From Batkoa obscura (Eukaryota), in contig JASVEC010000002.1 in the NCBI GenBank assembly GCA_030770535.1, forward strand, positions 868,001 through 932,000: DNA of 64,000 nt, read 5' to 3'. Below, one piece after another: positions 26,309 through 38,813 of the stretch. The first letter of the stretch is position 1; each line of letters opens with the position of its first letter. A program made the translations under genes and the position numbers. A model generated the notes under the pieces. It made no database searches and was not told the origin of the DNA. It saw only the letters and a list, made by a program, of their open reading frames with translations.

Positions 26309-26787
26309 ATATAATGAAGTTTAAGGTCAGCTTTGTTTAAAAACTTTCGTTTAAAATCTTCAAAGGCATCAACTGGTATTTTTTTACGTTCGTTGATGTA
26401 TTTTTCAAGCACCATTTCTTCGAGGTTTTGACGTGCAAGCAAGAGCTGATCGTTACTTTTTCTAGTTTAATATTTTAAAAAATGATTCTAGTGCCATAAA
26501 ATAAAATTTGACTTCTCAGATATTAATTGTATTCAAAACCCTTTCCTCTCAGCTAACATTTCTTGTAAGTCGAACAGATAATTTTTCAGAGATGTACATA
26601 GCTATTGAAATTTTTTTAGGAAAAAAGGGTCTAAATGAAGTTTCAATAAGTTTTTTGACACTGAGATTAAAAAGTTTTAAAATTGGTAAATTAAAGAATT
26701 CAATCATAGTTATATAAATATTAAGGTTTAAAAGTGATATTAAAAAATGGAAATAAAAGGTTAATATTTCAATATGTCTTCCTTTCA

Positions 26788-26916
26788 CTGGGAGAGGTCT
26801 CAGTCGTTACTCCCGAAATTTGATTTAGTAAAACACGAAAATTTTATTTAAAAAAATCGTGTTTTACTAAAACAAATCAAATTTTGAGAGTAGTTCTACC
26901 TGAAATCTCTCTCTAG
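26788..26916. repeat. Imperfect ~130-bp palindrome (fold-back/MITE-like)
   Basis: Perfect 15-bp core tttagtaaaacacga (26824-26838) / tcgtgttttactaaa (26857-26871), with gapped pairing out to both ends. Confidence 0.75.
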
Positions 26917-28304
26917 TATTATTATTAACTTGAAAGTAAAACTTCAAATGTCGAGATCAAGCTATAATATTAAACAGTTCATAAATGTTCCTTATTTGAG
27001 TAATGTTTAATAAATTCTTAAATTTACTTTAGGGAAGACTAATAATCAAGATTTTATAGTTTTAAAAATTATTGTTTCTATCATTAATAAAACATTATAG
27101 GGATTTATACTCTTTCAAGATTTAAAGAAGCTTGGCAATTTAAATTAAGAAATGTAGCCTCCCTTTCCATACATTGTAAACAAACCGTGAAATTAAACCC
27201 TTAAGAAGTGTATAGCGTAGAAAGTATTAAGCTACATAATTTCAGTTAAAAGGAAGCAAAAAGGTAATATAGTTTCAATGATATTCTACAAAAATATATA
27301 GAGTAGAAAATTTCTGATGAAAATATTATAGTTTTATCTGAAATCATTTTAGTTCTCATCACTATTTAACAATTCGTTTACTTGTGTTAACTATTGGTAC
27401 AAATTTTTGCAATGCTATTTAAATTAGTCACTTTTTTGCCAGTAATTTAAAACCGAAAATGCTGTGCTTACTAACAAATATAAACAATGGTAAAATTTTA
27501 TTCATTGTGTAATTAAATTTAAAAGCAGTGACTTGATAAATCGTAGAAGCTAGAATTGCTATAGTAATTTTATAAATTTATCAGGCTTTTCATACTTAAC
27601 AGCTTTCTGAGAACATTGTGTGTTGAAACTTTAAGGTGGCATTTATAAACAACCTCTGATATCAATCATTGGGTTTTCAAAACGATATAACAACTTTTAG
27701 TATAAATATCCCAAATTTTAGTCTATCAAATTTATATTTATGTGAAAAGTATTTAAAAGTCTATAGTCTATACTAAATGTTAATTTTTTTCACTTTTGAT
27801 CTATTTTAGTAAATGAAATTGAAATGAATTTTGCTATAGTAACTTTATTTAATAAGATAACGTTCGAAAGTTGTCTATGAGGCACCAAAATAGTTTAATC
27901 TTACTTGTATCAACTAGGTTAGTAGGACAACAACAAACCAATATTTATGGTTTGTATCTTAAAAAGACTAAAAGCCCTTGATGAAGGTATTCATGATAAC
28001 ATAGCTAATACTAGAAGACAAATATGATCACAATGCTTTCATATTTTTGATTCAGATAGTTTCACAAGCTTAATTCACAAAATTATAAAATAAACAAGCA
28101 ATATCAATATTAAATTGAGTCTATTTGATTTCTCAAGTAATAGCTTTTCGCTACCCATCTGAAAATGGTCTTATATTAATATCTTTAAGCTATTGTTGAT
28201 TGATTGGTATACAATAAATGTTTGGGTCTATACTAAATAATTTTAAATACATAAACTAAAATAAAAAAAATTAAATGAAGAACAAAATTTATTGTAAAAT
28301 AACA

Positions 28305-29729
28305 TTATTTGGCGTTATGAATCCAATTAGTAACCTTATTTTTTATGAATTGTTTAGTACTCTGGACACTTTCTGAATCATAAAAATGGATTTGATCCAT
28401 ATCCGAAACGTGGGAAGCCCCTTTAATTTCGATTATATAGGAATCACTATTTACTTGTTGCATTAAGTTATTTCGAACGTTCATTAATTTCGTGACATCA
28501 GGTAATAAAGATAGTTTATTCCATGGGTCTAACTCACCGTTTGTTAAGATTATATTTGTAAAATTAGCATTCTTGCTTAACTCATTTATATTTTTATTGT
28601 TTATAAATGAATATTGTTGATTATAAGCGTTAATATTACCAAATAAATCAAAAGGTTTATCCTTAAATACATTTTTACAATAAAATTCATTAAACCATTC
28701 TTTAGTTAAGTAGATTGAACGTAATGAAGTTTGATTTGAGGGTGCCGTTTGCCAGTAACCAAATTCATTACAAGATTGATATATCCACTGTCTAAAATAC
28801 GATTTGGGATTTATAGTAGTGTTTGTCAAATCCTGGTAATTGCTAAAGTCATAACACGATTGATTTTGATCTTCTAAAAATAAATTCAACTGTCCAATGT
28901 ATTCCATTAGTAATAACTGAATATCATTTATAGGTGCCTTATTTAAACTACTACAAAAGGAATCAATACTTGGTAAATGGTCATTTGAGTTATATTGTAT
29001 AATTGTAGCTAATATATCCGAAATTGTATATAAAAACAATAAGTTGTCTTTTATTGGACTACAATTTAGTTTCGTTTTAATATTTTCTAATTCATCACTA
29101 TTCTTTTGGTATAATTCATCTAAATGTTGTCTTATTTTTATTAGTTTATCATTACATCCTTGATTGTTTAATGCCTTTGAAATGCCCTGATCATATTCAT
29201 AAAAATCCTCTTTTAAAGTTAATGGTGGGCTTGAAGCAAATATAGCCAAGTAATCTTGATCAAAGTTGAGTTTAGACCAGACAGCCAAATTAGCAGAATA
29301 ACTACCTCCAGTCAAAATAAAATGGTTTATATTATATTTGTTTTTCAAATAATTTTTAAAATCTAATATATCATATAACATTTGCTTGCTCGATAAATAA
29401 GCTAAATTTTTGGTTTCAAATGTTGCATAAGGTTGACTTTTTCCATAATACCGATGCTCTAAAGCTGCTAATAAACCCCCAGTCTCTTTAATAATTGAAT
29501 AAAATAGCCCATTTTTAACTCGACTTTCTTTTAATTCATTTTCACCACCAATGTAAATAACCCCAACATTGTTTTCCTTGTTCTTATTAAAATAATCTTT
29601 ATTGATAAAATACCTTTGTTGAAAAGTTAAGCTAGTTAAATTAAAGTGGTCAATTTTTTGTTCAAAATAGCTTTCTTTACATTGTATTAAACTGATTATA
29701 GACAATAGTATTAATATTATTAATCTCAT
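28305..29729 (-). CDS. Secreted serine peptidase, family S28
   Basis: Signal peptide, YFEQKIDHF, LEHRYYGKS, nucleophile GGSYSANL, WIYQSCNEFGYWQT, NGELDPW, GASHVSDM; single exon. Confidence 0.95.
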   Translation of the reverse strand: MRLIILILLSIISLIQCKESYFEQKIDHFNLTSLTFQQRYFINKDYFNKNKENNVGVIYIGGENELKESRVKNGLFYSIIKETGGLLAALEHRYYGKSQPYATFETKNLAYLSSKQMLYDILDFKNYLKNKYNINHFILTGGSYSANLAVWSKLNFDQDYLAIFASSPPLTLKEDFYEYDQGISKALNNQGCNDKLIKIRQHLDELYQKNSDELENIKTKLNCSPIKDNLLFLYTISDILATIIQYNSNDHLPSIDSFCSSLNKAPINDIQLLLMEYIGQLNLFLEDQNQSCYDFSNYQDLTNTTINPKSYFRQWIYQSCNEFGYWQTAPSNQTSLRSIYLTKEWFNEFYCKNVFKDKPFDLFGNINAYNQQYSFINNKNINELSKNANFTNIILTNGELDPWNKLSLLPDVTKLMNVRNNLMQQVNSDSYIIEIKGASHVSDMDQIHFYDSESVQSTKQFIKNKVTNWIHNAK

Positions 29730-30696
29730 TTCTTACTATCGTTATTGTAATTATATTGGAATGTTATCAACTATAAAACTATATTTCAATCGTTATTGAA
29801 TAGGACTAAACTTGGTTTTATTACTACTTTTTACTTTAATAATCTTCGAAATTTTATTTGATATACCAATAAGTGATTATATTCTAAAGTTTATCTGCGT
29901 GAGATTCTCGCCACAAAGTCAATCTTACTTTTTTACTTATATAGAAATAAAGCAAAGTAAAATAGAAAGGAGGTATTGATAATTCTTCTTCTCGTTTGTC
30001 TGTTGTTTATATAGCATAGCTATTTTATACAATCAATTGATTATTATTGTAATATTAAATATTTATTAAAAAAGTATTGAAATTAATTATTTTTTATTGC
30101 TTTTAATAACTTTATTTCGAATTTTTATATACTTTAAATTAAAATTCCAATTTTTAATCAAAACAAATTCAAATTTAATACTTTTAAATCAAACAGATCA
30201 ATTTGAATGAGAAAATAAATTAAAACTTTAATCAGACTAATCTAGAATTTAAATGAATGTAAATTATTATCAATTCAAATCAAATTATTGATATTATTGT
30301 AAGATAATATTGACACTTAATTACATTTTAAACAAATTTTTAAGTAGACATGCTAGCATAGTTAAGGTTTATATATTATAAGTATAGTTTATTTTCCTAA
30401 AATTATCAGCAGCACAATTTCGTATATTTAATTGGCTGGTAATTACTTATATTAATTTATAGACGTTAGCATAAATATGCCTCATATTTAATATACGAAA
30501 ATAACACATTTAAGTTATCATTTTTTATACTAGATTCTATAGGAGCTACAATTTTTTAAAATATAGCACAGAATAGGAGATAAATATAAAGCTCTTAGAT
30601 ATTAATGAATCTAATAAATAAAAGTTGATCTATATTTAACATCATAACCATAAAAGTTCGAAAATCCTTACATTGAAATGTAAATAGGAATAATGT

Positions 30697-30929
30697 CTTT
30701 TGAATCCGTGAAGATAGTTGATAAAAGGGAGAATCTGCCCAAAGTTATTGGTAAATTTAAACGTGAGGATGTTTTTTTTACTTCATTACTTTTTCCATCT
30801 TTTAAGCACTATTTGAGCAGAAAAATCGTTAGAAAAATTCCTAGACACAAGAATATATCACCACACATTAAATTAGAATAATTTTGGGCAGATTCTCCCT
30901 TTTATCAACTATCTTCACGGATTCAAAAG
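30697..30929. repeat. Fold-back element with perfect 47-bp inverted arms, interrupted centrally by a MITE
   Basis: 30697-30743 is the exact reverse complement of 30883-30929; weaker pairing continues inward. Confidence 0.9.
30765..30864 (+). mobile_element. MITE copy 9 (diverged), inside the fold-back
   Basis: Consensus match; flanks ACGT / ACAT. Confidence 0.82.
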
Positions 30930-31139
30930 CAAATTAAAAGGAAAATAAAATTGGAATTCTTAAGGTTTCAATCTTGTATATTATGCATTTGCTTCAACTT
31001 TCACTTTCAATGAATAAAATTGGAAACTTTCAGTTGACCAATAATATGCTTACCACAAAGTGACTTTAGAATTTTAAATTGATAGAAACAATAGCAAATT
31101 CAATCAACTTTTTGTTTAATAAAAAATAAAAAAAGAGAG

Positions 31140-31647
31140 ATGGAAAACTTTGAAGAGTTTGGTAATCGAGTATATGAATTATTTCAATTATCAGGAGATA
31201 AGGTAAGTTAGTTTCAAAGCAAAAAGCGATTTTAATAGTTGATTTTTGATTAGTTTCGATTTACTTATAAATATCGTCATTGTGATGGTAAAATGGTTAT
31301 GAAAGCAACAGACGATACAATAGTAAGAATTTAAAACAGTTTGAAAAATCTTTATATTAATTGAATTAAAATAGACTATGTTATATGAAACAGATCAATT
31401 ACAAGATATTAAAAAAATGGAAAAGTTAAACCGTAATTTAATATTTAATATATTAGACGCTCCTATACCTGAATTGCCGGAAATAAGTAAGTATTTTTTA
31501 GTTCTTTGAGATTGATTTTTATATTTGTTTTTATTAGCACCTCCTATAGCTACTACTGTTAATGCTAATACAGCAACAAGCAACAATAAAAATAATAAAG
31601 AAAAAGAAACAAGTAAAAAGAAAAATAAAAAGAAAGGAAAGAAATAA
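31140..31647 (+). CDS. SRP9: Signal recognition particle subunit SRP9/Srp21
   Basis: Four short exons give MENFEEFGNRVYELF...FRFTYKYRHCDGKMVMKATDD...YETDQLQDIKKMEKLN and a Lys-rich tail; absent from the ORF track. Confidence 0.9.
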
Positions 31648-31730
31648 GTCATATAAATAAAGATTTCATTTATAACAGATAGATTTAAATTTTATTATTA
31701 CTATTATTATTTTTTATTGTAAATAATAAA

Positions 31731-32750
31731 TTAAATACGTATTTGATTAGGATTCAATTGCTGAATAAAGTGAATGAAATCAAAGTTCATAGCACAAGTT
31801 TGACTACAAAATTTTAAAGAAAAAGGATACGATAAACCTGGTTTACAAAAAGATAGAAATAAAATAGCTTCATAATTACAAAAATAAATGGAATTTAAAC
31901 AAAAGGAACAAGTATATACAATTAAATTATCAAACCAAGATTGTAATTTTTCGGGTATTTTTTTGTTCATTGTTTTGAACTTGTTGTTCTGTAATAGATT
32001 TGACTGTCTTAATATAATTTCTTGGAATTTTAGCCCATTTTCGCCATATCTTTTCCAGTACCATTTTTTATCTTTAGTTTTTTTAGTCTCAAATAACGGA
32101 TTTGGTACCCCAATAAATATCTCCAATTTCTTTAATTCTAATAATGAGATTGGAAAGGATTGCTAAAATAAATATATTAATACATAAACAAATGAAACAA
32201 ACATTCAATAAAATAAATTTACTTACAATCATATTTGAACTCAAAGACAATTCTACTAAATTAGTCAATTGACTTAATTGTGGTGGAACAAAGCGAATGA
32301 AATTGCCTTCTGAAATAAAATCAATAACCATTTTCAATAAAAATTAATTCCATCCTTACTTAATATTAAAACTGTTAAATTATCTAAATTCAATACACTT
32401 TTTGGAAATTGTAATAATTGGTTATTAATTAAAAATAGTTTAATCTCTCTTATTATACCACAAGTGGGACTATACCAAACAATATGTTTTAAATCACTCA
32501 TTTCTTTAGGTAAATGAAAGAGGAAAAGATTACTAAGAAAAATCATATTTATTTTTTATAATATTATGAGTTTCAAATAGAAATTACCTCAATTCAATTA
32601 TTCCATCAGTCGTATTAATTGCTTCTGCTATTATATCTCGTGCAGTTTGTTGATCTTGTGCTTTTTTGACTCTATTTTTTTGAAATTTTAATTCAATTTG
32701 TTTTTATTAAATTATAAAACTTACCTAGTTCGACTTAAAAATAAACTCAT
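31731..32750 (-). CDS. Small leucine-rich repeat protein
   Basis: Spliced LRR units (LSNLFLFHLP; LFLINNQLLQFP; NLTVLIL; VPPQLSQLTNLVELSLSSNMI; LSNLIIRI); exon boundaries approximate. Confidence 0.7.
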
Positions 32751-32987
32751 TTTCTCTCTTTTTTGGTTAATAAATAATAATAAAAAATAATATATAATAA
32801 ATAAATAAAAACAATCAAACTCAAATTCAAAAAATTCAAAATTATCTTTTCATGTTTACTTTTTTTATATGATTCAAATCTTATATTTAATTTGTTTAAA
32901 ATGTTAAATATCCTAAATTTCCTTTTTTGAATTCTAAAATCTTTAAATCAATTTGAAATTCAAAGATTTCTTCTTTTTTAATTGAAA

Positions 32988-34820
32988 ATGTTACGAAGTT
33001 TACTGTCCAAAAATAAAACAACAATATTTCATTTTACAAATAAAAGATATTTATCCACAAATGAAGGTAATATTGAAATAATATTAATTATAGGATGTTA
33101 ATGTATTTTGTTTTTAGCTAATACAAGTTTAAAGCAAATCTTTTATTCCAATAAAGTACAGAATCATTTAAAAAAAATGGAAGCAAAGTATGTTCATTTA
33201 GTTGATCTATTTAATAACAAGGTAAATTCGTTTTTTCGATTCGTTTAATATTCGTAGAATCTATTTTAATAAAGTAAAAATATTAATAATTTAGGTCCAA
33301 GAATTAGATTCGACTTCTTTAGCTAAGTTATCAAGTGATATATCGCATTTAGAAACAATAGTAGAAAGTTATCAAACTTTAAAAGAACAACAAAAGGTAA
33401 ATTTATACTCAATTAATAATGACTAATAAACAATCATTCAAGGAATATGAAGCATTAGAAGAAATGAATTTAAATGAAATGAAAGAAGAAGAAAAAGAAA
33501 TGAAATTATTAATTTTAGAAGAAAAAAAAACAATATTAGAAAATATTCAACAAAATGAAAATTTATTATTAAACTTGTTAATACCAAAAGATAATAGTGA
33601 TGCTTGTTCAGCTATCTTAGAAATTCGTGCTGGTAAGTTGGAATTTGTTTTTTAATATATTGAATTTATTGATTGGCTTTATATATAGGCACTGGTGGTG
33701 ATGAAGCTGCCTTATTTTCAGAAAATTTATTAACTATGTATCAAAAATACTGTCAATTAAAACGTTGGAAATTTGAAATATTAAATTGTACTAAATTAGA
33801 AAATAAATCCGGTTATAAAGTAATCAACTGTTAATTAATTATTTGAATAATAGATTGTTAATATAAATTGTTTTTCTAGGAAGTCTTAGCTGAAATAAAA
33901 GGTAAATTTATTGTTTTATTATTATTACTATTATTATAGAATTGCAATTTATAATTATATAAAATAGGTTTAGATGTATTTGGTCAATTAAAATATGAAT
34001 CTGGAGTCCATAGGTAATTATGATAATAAAAGCGATTATTAATAAAAAATTTAAAAAATGAAAAAAAAAGAGTACAAAGAATACCAGTTACTGAAAGTCA
34101 AGGGAGAGTACATACAAGTACAGCAACAGTAGCTATTATGCCTCAAGTCACTGAAGTAGAAGTAGATATTAAAGAGAAAGATTTGAAAATTGAATTATAT
34201 AGAGCCTCAGGAGCAGGTGGACAACATGTTAATACAACAGATAGTGCTGTGAGAATGACGCATATTCCTACTGGTGTTGTGGTTGCTATGCAAGATGAAA
34301 GATCTCAACATAAAGTAAGTTTTTTTAAATTGAATTTTTTTAATGAGTTTTAATATTTTTATTAAATTTAAATTAGAATAAAGCTAAAGCATTAAAAGTA
34401 TTAAGAGCAAGAATCTTTGAAATTGAGAGAGAGAAGAAAGAACAAGATAGAAGAAAACAAAGGAATTTACAAGTAATTTTTTATAGATATTAATATTAGT
34501 TAAAAATATTCAATATAATTCAATTTGTTTATTATTATTTAGATTGGTTCAGGTACTCGATCTGAAAAAATACGAACTTATAATTTCCCACAAGTAAATT
34601 AATTAATTATTAAATTTATAGTATTGTATATTAATTAATATATTAACAATCATTTAAAAATATATAGAATAGAGTAACAGATCATCGCATTCAATTTACA
34701 ATTCATGATTTAGAATCCGTATTAAATGATGCACAAGGTTTAAATTTAATATTGAATCAACTAACATTTTATAATAATTTAAATCAATTATCATTATTAA
34801 ATGATTTAGATGAAAAATAA
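32988..34820 (+). CDS. MRF1: Mitochondrial peptide chain release factor 1
   Basis: [39 protein letters not shown] (PxT motif), [11 protein letters not shown] (GGQ), [19 protein letters not shown]; about 10 short introns. Confidence 0.95.
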
Positions 34821-34884
34821 AAATAAAATAAGTAATAAAAATAAAAATAAAATAAGTAGTAAAAATAAAATAGAATTAACTAAA

Positions 34885-34945
34885 TTATTAGATTATATAT
34901 ATTAGATTATATATTATATATTATATATTATATATTATATATTAC
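34885..34945. repeat. (TATAT)n low-complexity tandem repeat between convergent 3' ends
   Basis: Repeated ttata/tatat units. Confidence 0.8.
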
Positions 34946-34950
34946 ATTAT

Positions 34951-36870
34951 TTATTTTCTAATATAAATTAAACCTAAACCATGTAATACATTACTTGAGT
35001 AACCATAAAAACCACGAATTATACAATTAGGAGGTAAATATAAAGAACTTGATTTACCACCATGGCCACCAAACCATTGATTTTGATTCTGATTATTAAT
35101 ATTAAATTGAAAACCATCTACAAAATAACCAGCATTCACTTTCATACTAATAATTTGATTTAAATTTAGATTATTTAAATTATATTGATTTCCACCATTA
35201 CCACCACATTCAAATATTAATTCATTATTATTATTATTATAAAATTTAATACCGTCAATATAAATACCTGCATGAATTAATAAATTAATAGAATTAATAG
35301 AATTATCAAATATAATTTCAAAATATTGAATATTAGGATGATTATTATTAGTTGTACCAATTACTTCTCCTTTATAATAACATTGATTATGTTTAATAAT
35401 TTTTGAATTTAATATAAATGATTTAAAATCACTAATTATTTTTAATTGATATAATCCATTAATTTCCATACGTAAGTTATTATATTTTTCATTTTGAATT
35501 AAATTAATTATTTCTTGATTAATTGAAATTTCAACTTTCTTAGGTAATTGATTTAAATGTTGTTTCATATGATTTTGAATATATAATATTTCATCTCCAT
35601 TTAAAATAAGAATTTGACCAATCCCATTATTAAATTCAATATGAATCTTTTCATCTATAAAATATAACTTAAACTGTTCTAAATTATTATTATAAAACAT
35701 ATATTCATTAGGTATTGAACAACATCTATGCAATCTCATTCGATTTAAATTAGTGATATGAAAATGAGCCATATTATGTTCTAAAATAGGAATAAATCTA
35801 TTACTCTTTGGACAAACTAATAAAAATGGTTTATAAAATTCTTCATAACCTCGATTCATAATTCCAGTAGGCGTATGAGGACAACCTAAAGCATGTACGA
35901 CTTCATGTAAAAATGCACCAATACCAATACAATAAGCATCCATATGAAGACCTGTACCTTTACGTTCATCTGCTAAATAATTACGATCAACTTTAGTTAA
36001 GTCCATAAAACATGGTATTATTTCTGAGATTGTTTCTGGCCATGCAAAAGTGGTGTGAGATCCCATTATAGACATTAATTCTTTATCATTAATACCTTGA
36101 ACAGCTGCATGACCTCGAATTAAATCCATTTCTCGATCATATTTTGTATCTAATATTAAACAGGCTACTCGAAATTCATCTTTAATTCCATATTTATTTA
36201 AGGTTTCTTTTAATATATTTAATAAGCCTGGTTTACTTTTATCTACTGGTAAATCACCCTCTTTAAATTTATATTGTTGTGCAATATCTTTATCTCGTAT
36301 TTGTTCCATTGTATATTCACTTTTTAATATCATTACATCTGCTGTATTATTAAATATGTTTTCATTAGTATAAATCGTATCTTGTTGATATTTTTCAACA
36401 AAATTAATCGTACTATTATTATAACCATTAATAATCATTTGTTCCCTAATATAAGCTTGCCAAATATAAGCTGCCATTCTTAGTCTTCTAATTGCACTAT
36501 CAAGGTTATTTCTTTTATTAGGTAAATTTTCAAAAGTTAAATCACTATCTTTAGCAACTAAAATAGCTAATTGATATGCTGGTTTTGTATTATCTCGTTG
36601 GTAATTTAAATTTAAATGATATTCTATTTGATTAAAATAAAATTGAATTAGATTATTACCTTCAATTAATGGTACTAAACATTTAAATATATTATTAACT
36701 ACCGAATAATGATATATTTGTTTTAAAGTGTCGATAACAACTAAAGCACCTTCTTTATCAGTGTTGTTATTCTTAATTTCTCCAGTTATTAAAATTAACT
36801 TTTGATAAACTATTTCTTCATTTTTTACATTTAATAAATTAATAAATCCGCAATTATTAACTTCACTCAT
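34951..36870 (-). CDS. Putative zinc metalloprotease (YIL108W-like) with a C-terminal jacalin-like lectin domain
   Basis: GAFLHEVVHALGCPH..GIMNRG zinc motif, IRGHAA; C-terminal AGIYIDGIKF / AGYFVDGFQF / WFGGHGG / GFYG beta-prism motifs; single exon. Confidence 0.85.
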   Translation of the reverse strand: MSEVNNCGFINLLNVKNEEIVYQKLILITGEIKNNNTDKEGALVVIDTLKQIYHYSVVNNIFKCLVPLIEGNNLIQFYFNQIEYHLNLNYQRDNTKPAYQLAILVAKDSDLTFENLPNKRNNLDSAIRRLRMAAYIWQAYIREQMIINGYNNSTINFVEKYQQDTIYTNENIFNNTADVMILKSEYTMEQIRDKDIAQQYKFKEGDLPVDKSKPGLLNILKETLNKYGIKDEFRVACLILDTKYDREMDLIRGHAAVQGINDKELMSIMGSHTTFAWPETISEIIPCFMDLTKVDRNYLADERKGTGLHMDAYCIGIGAFLHEVVHALGCPHTPTGIMNRGYEEFYKPFLLVCPKSNRFIPILEHNMAHFHITNLNRMRLHRCCSIPNEYMFYNNNLEQFKLYFIDEKIHIEFNNGIGQILILNGDEILYIQNHMKQHLNQLPKKVEISINQEIINLIQNEKYNNLRMEINGLYQLKIISDFKSFILNSKIIKHNQCYYKGEVIGTTNNNHPNIQYFEIIFDNSINSINLLIHAGIYIDGIKFYNNNNNELIFECGGNGGNQYNLNNLNLNQIISMKVNAGYFVDGFQFNINNQNQNQWFGGHGGKSSSLYLPPNCIIRGFYGYSSNVLHGLGLIYIRK

Positions 36871-37489
36871 ATTTACTACAATTGTATATTATTTTATCTT
36901 TCTAATTGAAATTTGATATAAATTTTTTTAAAATGAATATAATAAATACAAATACTATTAAAACTACTTATTTACTCAATTCAATGTGATTGGTCAGAAT
37001 AGAATGATTCAATAGCTTACTAAATTTAGCAGTTTCCAGCTTTTTAAATAGGTTGGCTATTTATTTGTTAAAGAATAAATTAATTAAAAAAAACCCAAGT
37101 GGGATAAAATTTTTGGTAAAATAAAGGCTGTTTAAGGGTCAATCGAGTTCAATAGTATAGAAATATTTAAATATTATAATACTAATTATTAATATAAAAA
37201 TAAGTATTATGTTTATATTTATTTAAATAAAGATGAAACTTTATTATTGAATTAATATATTAGGATTTATTGAAGCTTAGTAAGTTGTAAAGTGGTGGTT
37301 ATTACAATTATTTGTTTTAAAAGTTGGTTGATTTTTAGCCACAAGATCTATATTTAAATGTTCTATAAATTTCAAATATGCCCTTAAATAATAAAACATT
37401 GAAAAATTTAAGAATTTTATAGTCACCGGTAAAAAATGAGGTATAAAAACAATTTAATACTTTGATTTTTTTTTTAACTTTTTGTCAAC

Positions 37490-37900
37490 ATGAGTTTATC
37501 AATTAATAATTCCAATACTCAAGTGAATCATCTTGGCACTTTATTTTTATTTATATATTCGATAATTGGTACTTATTTAATAGCAATGATGATATTACAG
37601 AATCTATGGTTGAAAGCGGAACCAATCCCATTAAATTCACTTAATTTACCAACTTTTTTATTTTTATTTACATTGAAAGTAGTAAGAAAAGAAAGAGATA
37701 ATTAAATTTTAATATTAGTTTATAACAGATAATATCACTGGTTGAAATTATTGGCTAGTTTAGTTTAATAATAGTAGCAACATGAAATGAGCTTTATAGA
37801 TGTTATTATTATCAATTACCTTTTCTATTAAAAAAGGGATAAAATTTAGTATTCCTTTGTTAAGCTTATCCCTATCTCTATTCTTGTTTTGAGCCTTTGT
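37490..37900 (+). pseudogene. Possible decayed multi-pass membrane protein gene
   Basis: Hydrophobic 5' ORF, GTAAG...ACAG intron-like segment (about 37682-37729), then hydrophobic sequence with stops. Confidence 0.25.
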
Positions 37901-38442
37901 CAACAAAATCAAAATTCATTCTATTCAGTTTTTTCTAAATTTTAAAATCGTTTAACCTAAGCTTTACTTCATTCTTTTACTTCATTCATATTATTCTTAC
38001 TAACTCTTCTGCTTTTTCTTACTATTTTCTATTGCTTTTTCTTATTCATTTAAAACTCCCTTTTTTAAATAAAAAGACCTAAAAGTTAAATTTTGTACTT
38101 TTACTTTTATATCTTTTATTTTATGTTAGAATGTTCTATCTAGTTTATATATTTTCAGTTTCATCCTATTTTAAATTTTATAATATTTTAATTTTAATTT
38201 TATCACTACAATACTGCTTTAATCGTTGACCAAATAAGCAATAGGCACTAATGATACCTACTTTTTAATTATAATAAGATGTAAATCAATTTGAATATTT
38301 TAATCAATGTTTAATTACAATTACATTATAAAATCAAATTTACTTCAAGACAATTAACAATTTAAAACTTTTCATCAAACAATAACATATGTATCAATCA
38401 GAAGCTAATAATCGAATTTATTAAAAAAACTAATAATTAACT

Positions 38443-38813
38443 TTAAGGTTTGCTAAGTTGCCAGATGCAAGCTAAATTTAAAAAAATGATTAAAATCCAT
38501 TTTTAATTAATTACAAATCCATAAAAAACTTACACAAGACAGGAAGGGAAGCAGCGAAAGTACAAGCAGCGGTAAATTTGATAGCAAAAGCAGTTTTGTT
38601 TTTAACACTGAAAGGAAGATGCTAAAAGGAGTGATCATTAGTTTTCTAATATAATACAAATATTTGAAATTTATGGTTGATTTCTTTTGAATATGTTATT
38701 ATAGAAAACCAAAAACTTACACTTCCATCTTTATTTTCAAAATGATAAAGGTCACTACGACGTACTTGACGAAGGGCCAAGCTGGAACGTGATAAGGCTT
38801 TACGGGCAATCAT
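38443..38813 (-). CDS. COX8: Cytochrome c oxidase subunit VIIc (yeast Cox8)
   Basis: Exons 38813-38721, 38621-38534, 38471-38443 give MIARKALSRSSLALRQVRRSDLYHFENKDGSHLPFSVKNKTAFAIKFTAACTFAASLPVLSCIWQLSKP: presequence, LPFSV motif, one TM; absent from the ORF track. Confidence 0.88.

Noticed and set aside
26179..26442. 87-aa ORF, and likewise the ORFs at 13893-14135 and 30693-30881, sharing an 'FLASLLFPFFKRYLS' peptide
   Set aside because: The shared peptide is the translated MITE, not a protein family. The 26310-26460 part may be a decayed gene, but I cannot identify it.
27900..28200. Possible reverse-transcriptase relic (LFDFSS)
   Set aside because: One weak motif only; no other RT motifs in frame.
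31395..31652. 85-aa hydrophobic minus-strand ORF
   Set aside because: Antisense shadow of the Lys-rich SRP9 tail.
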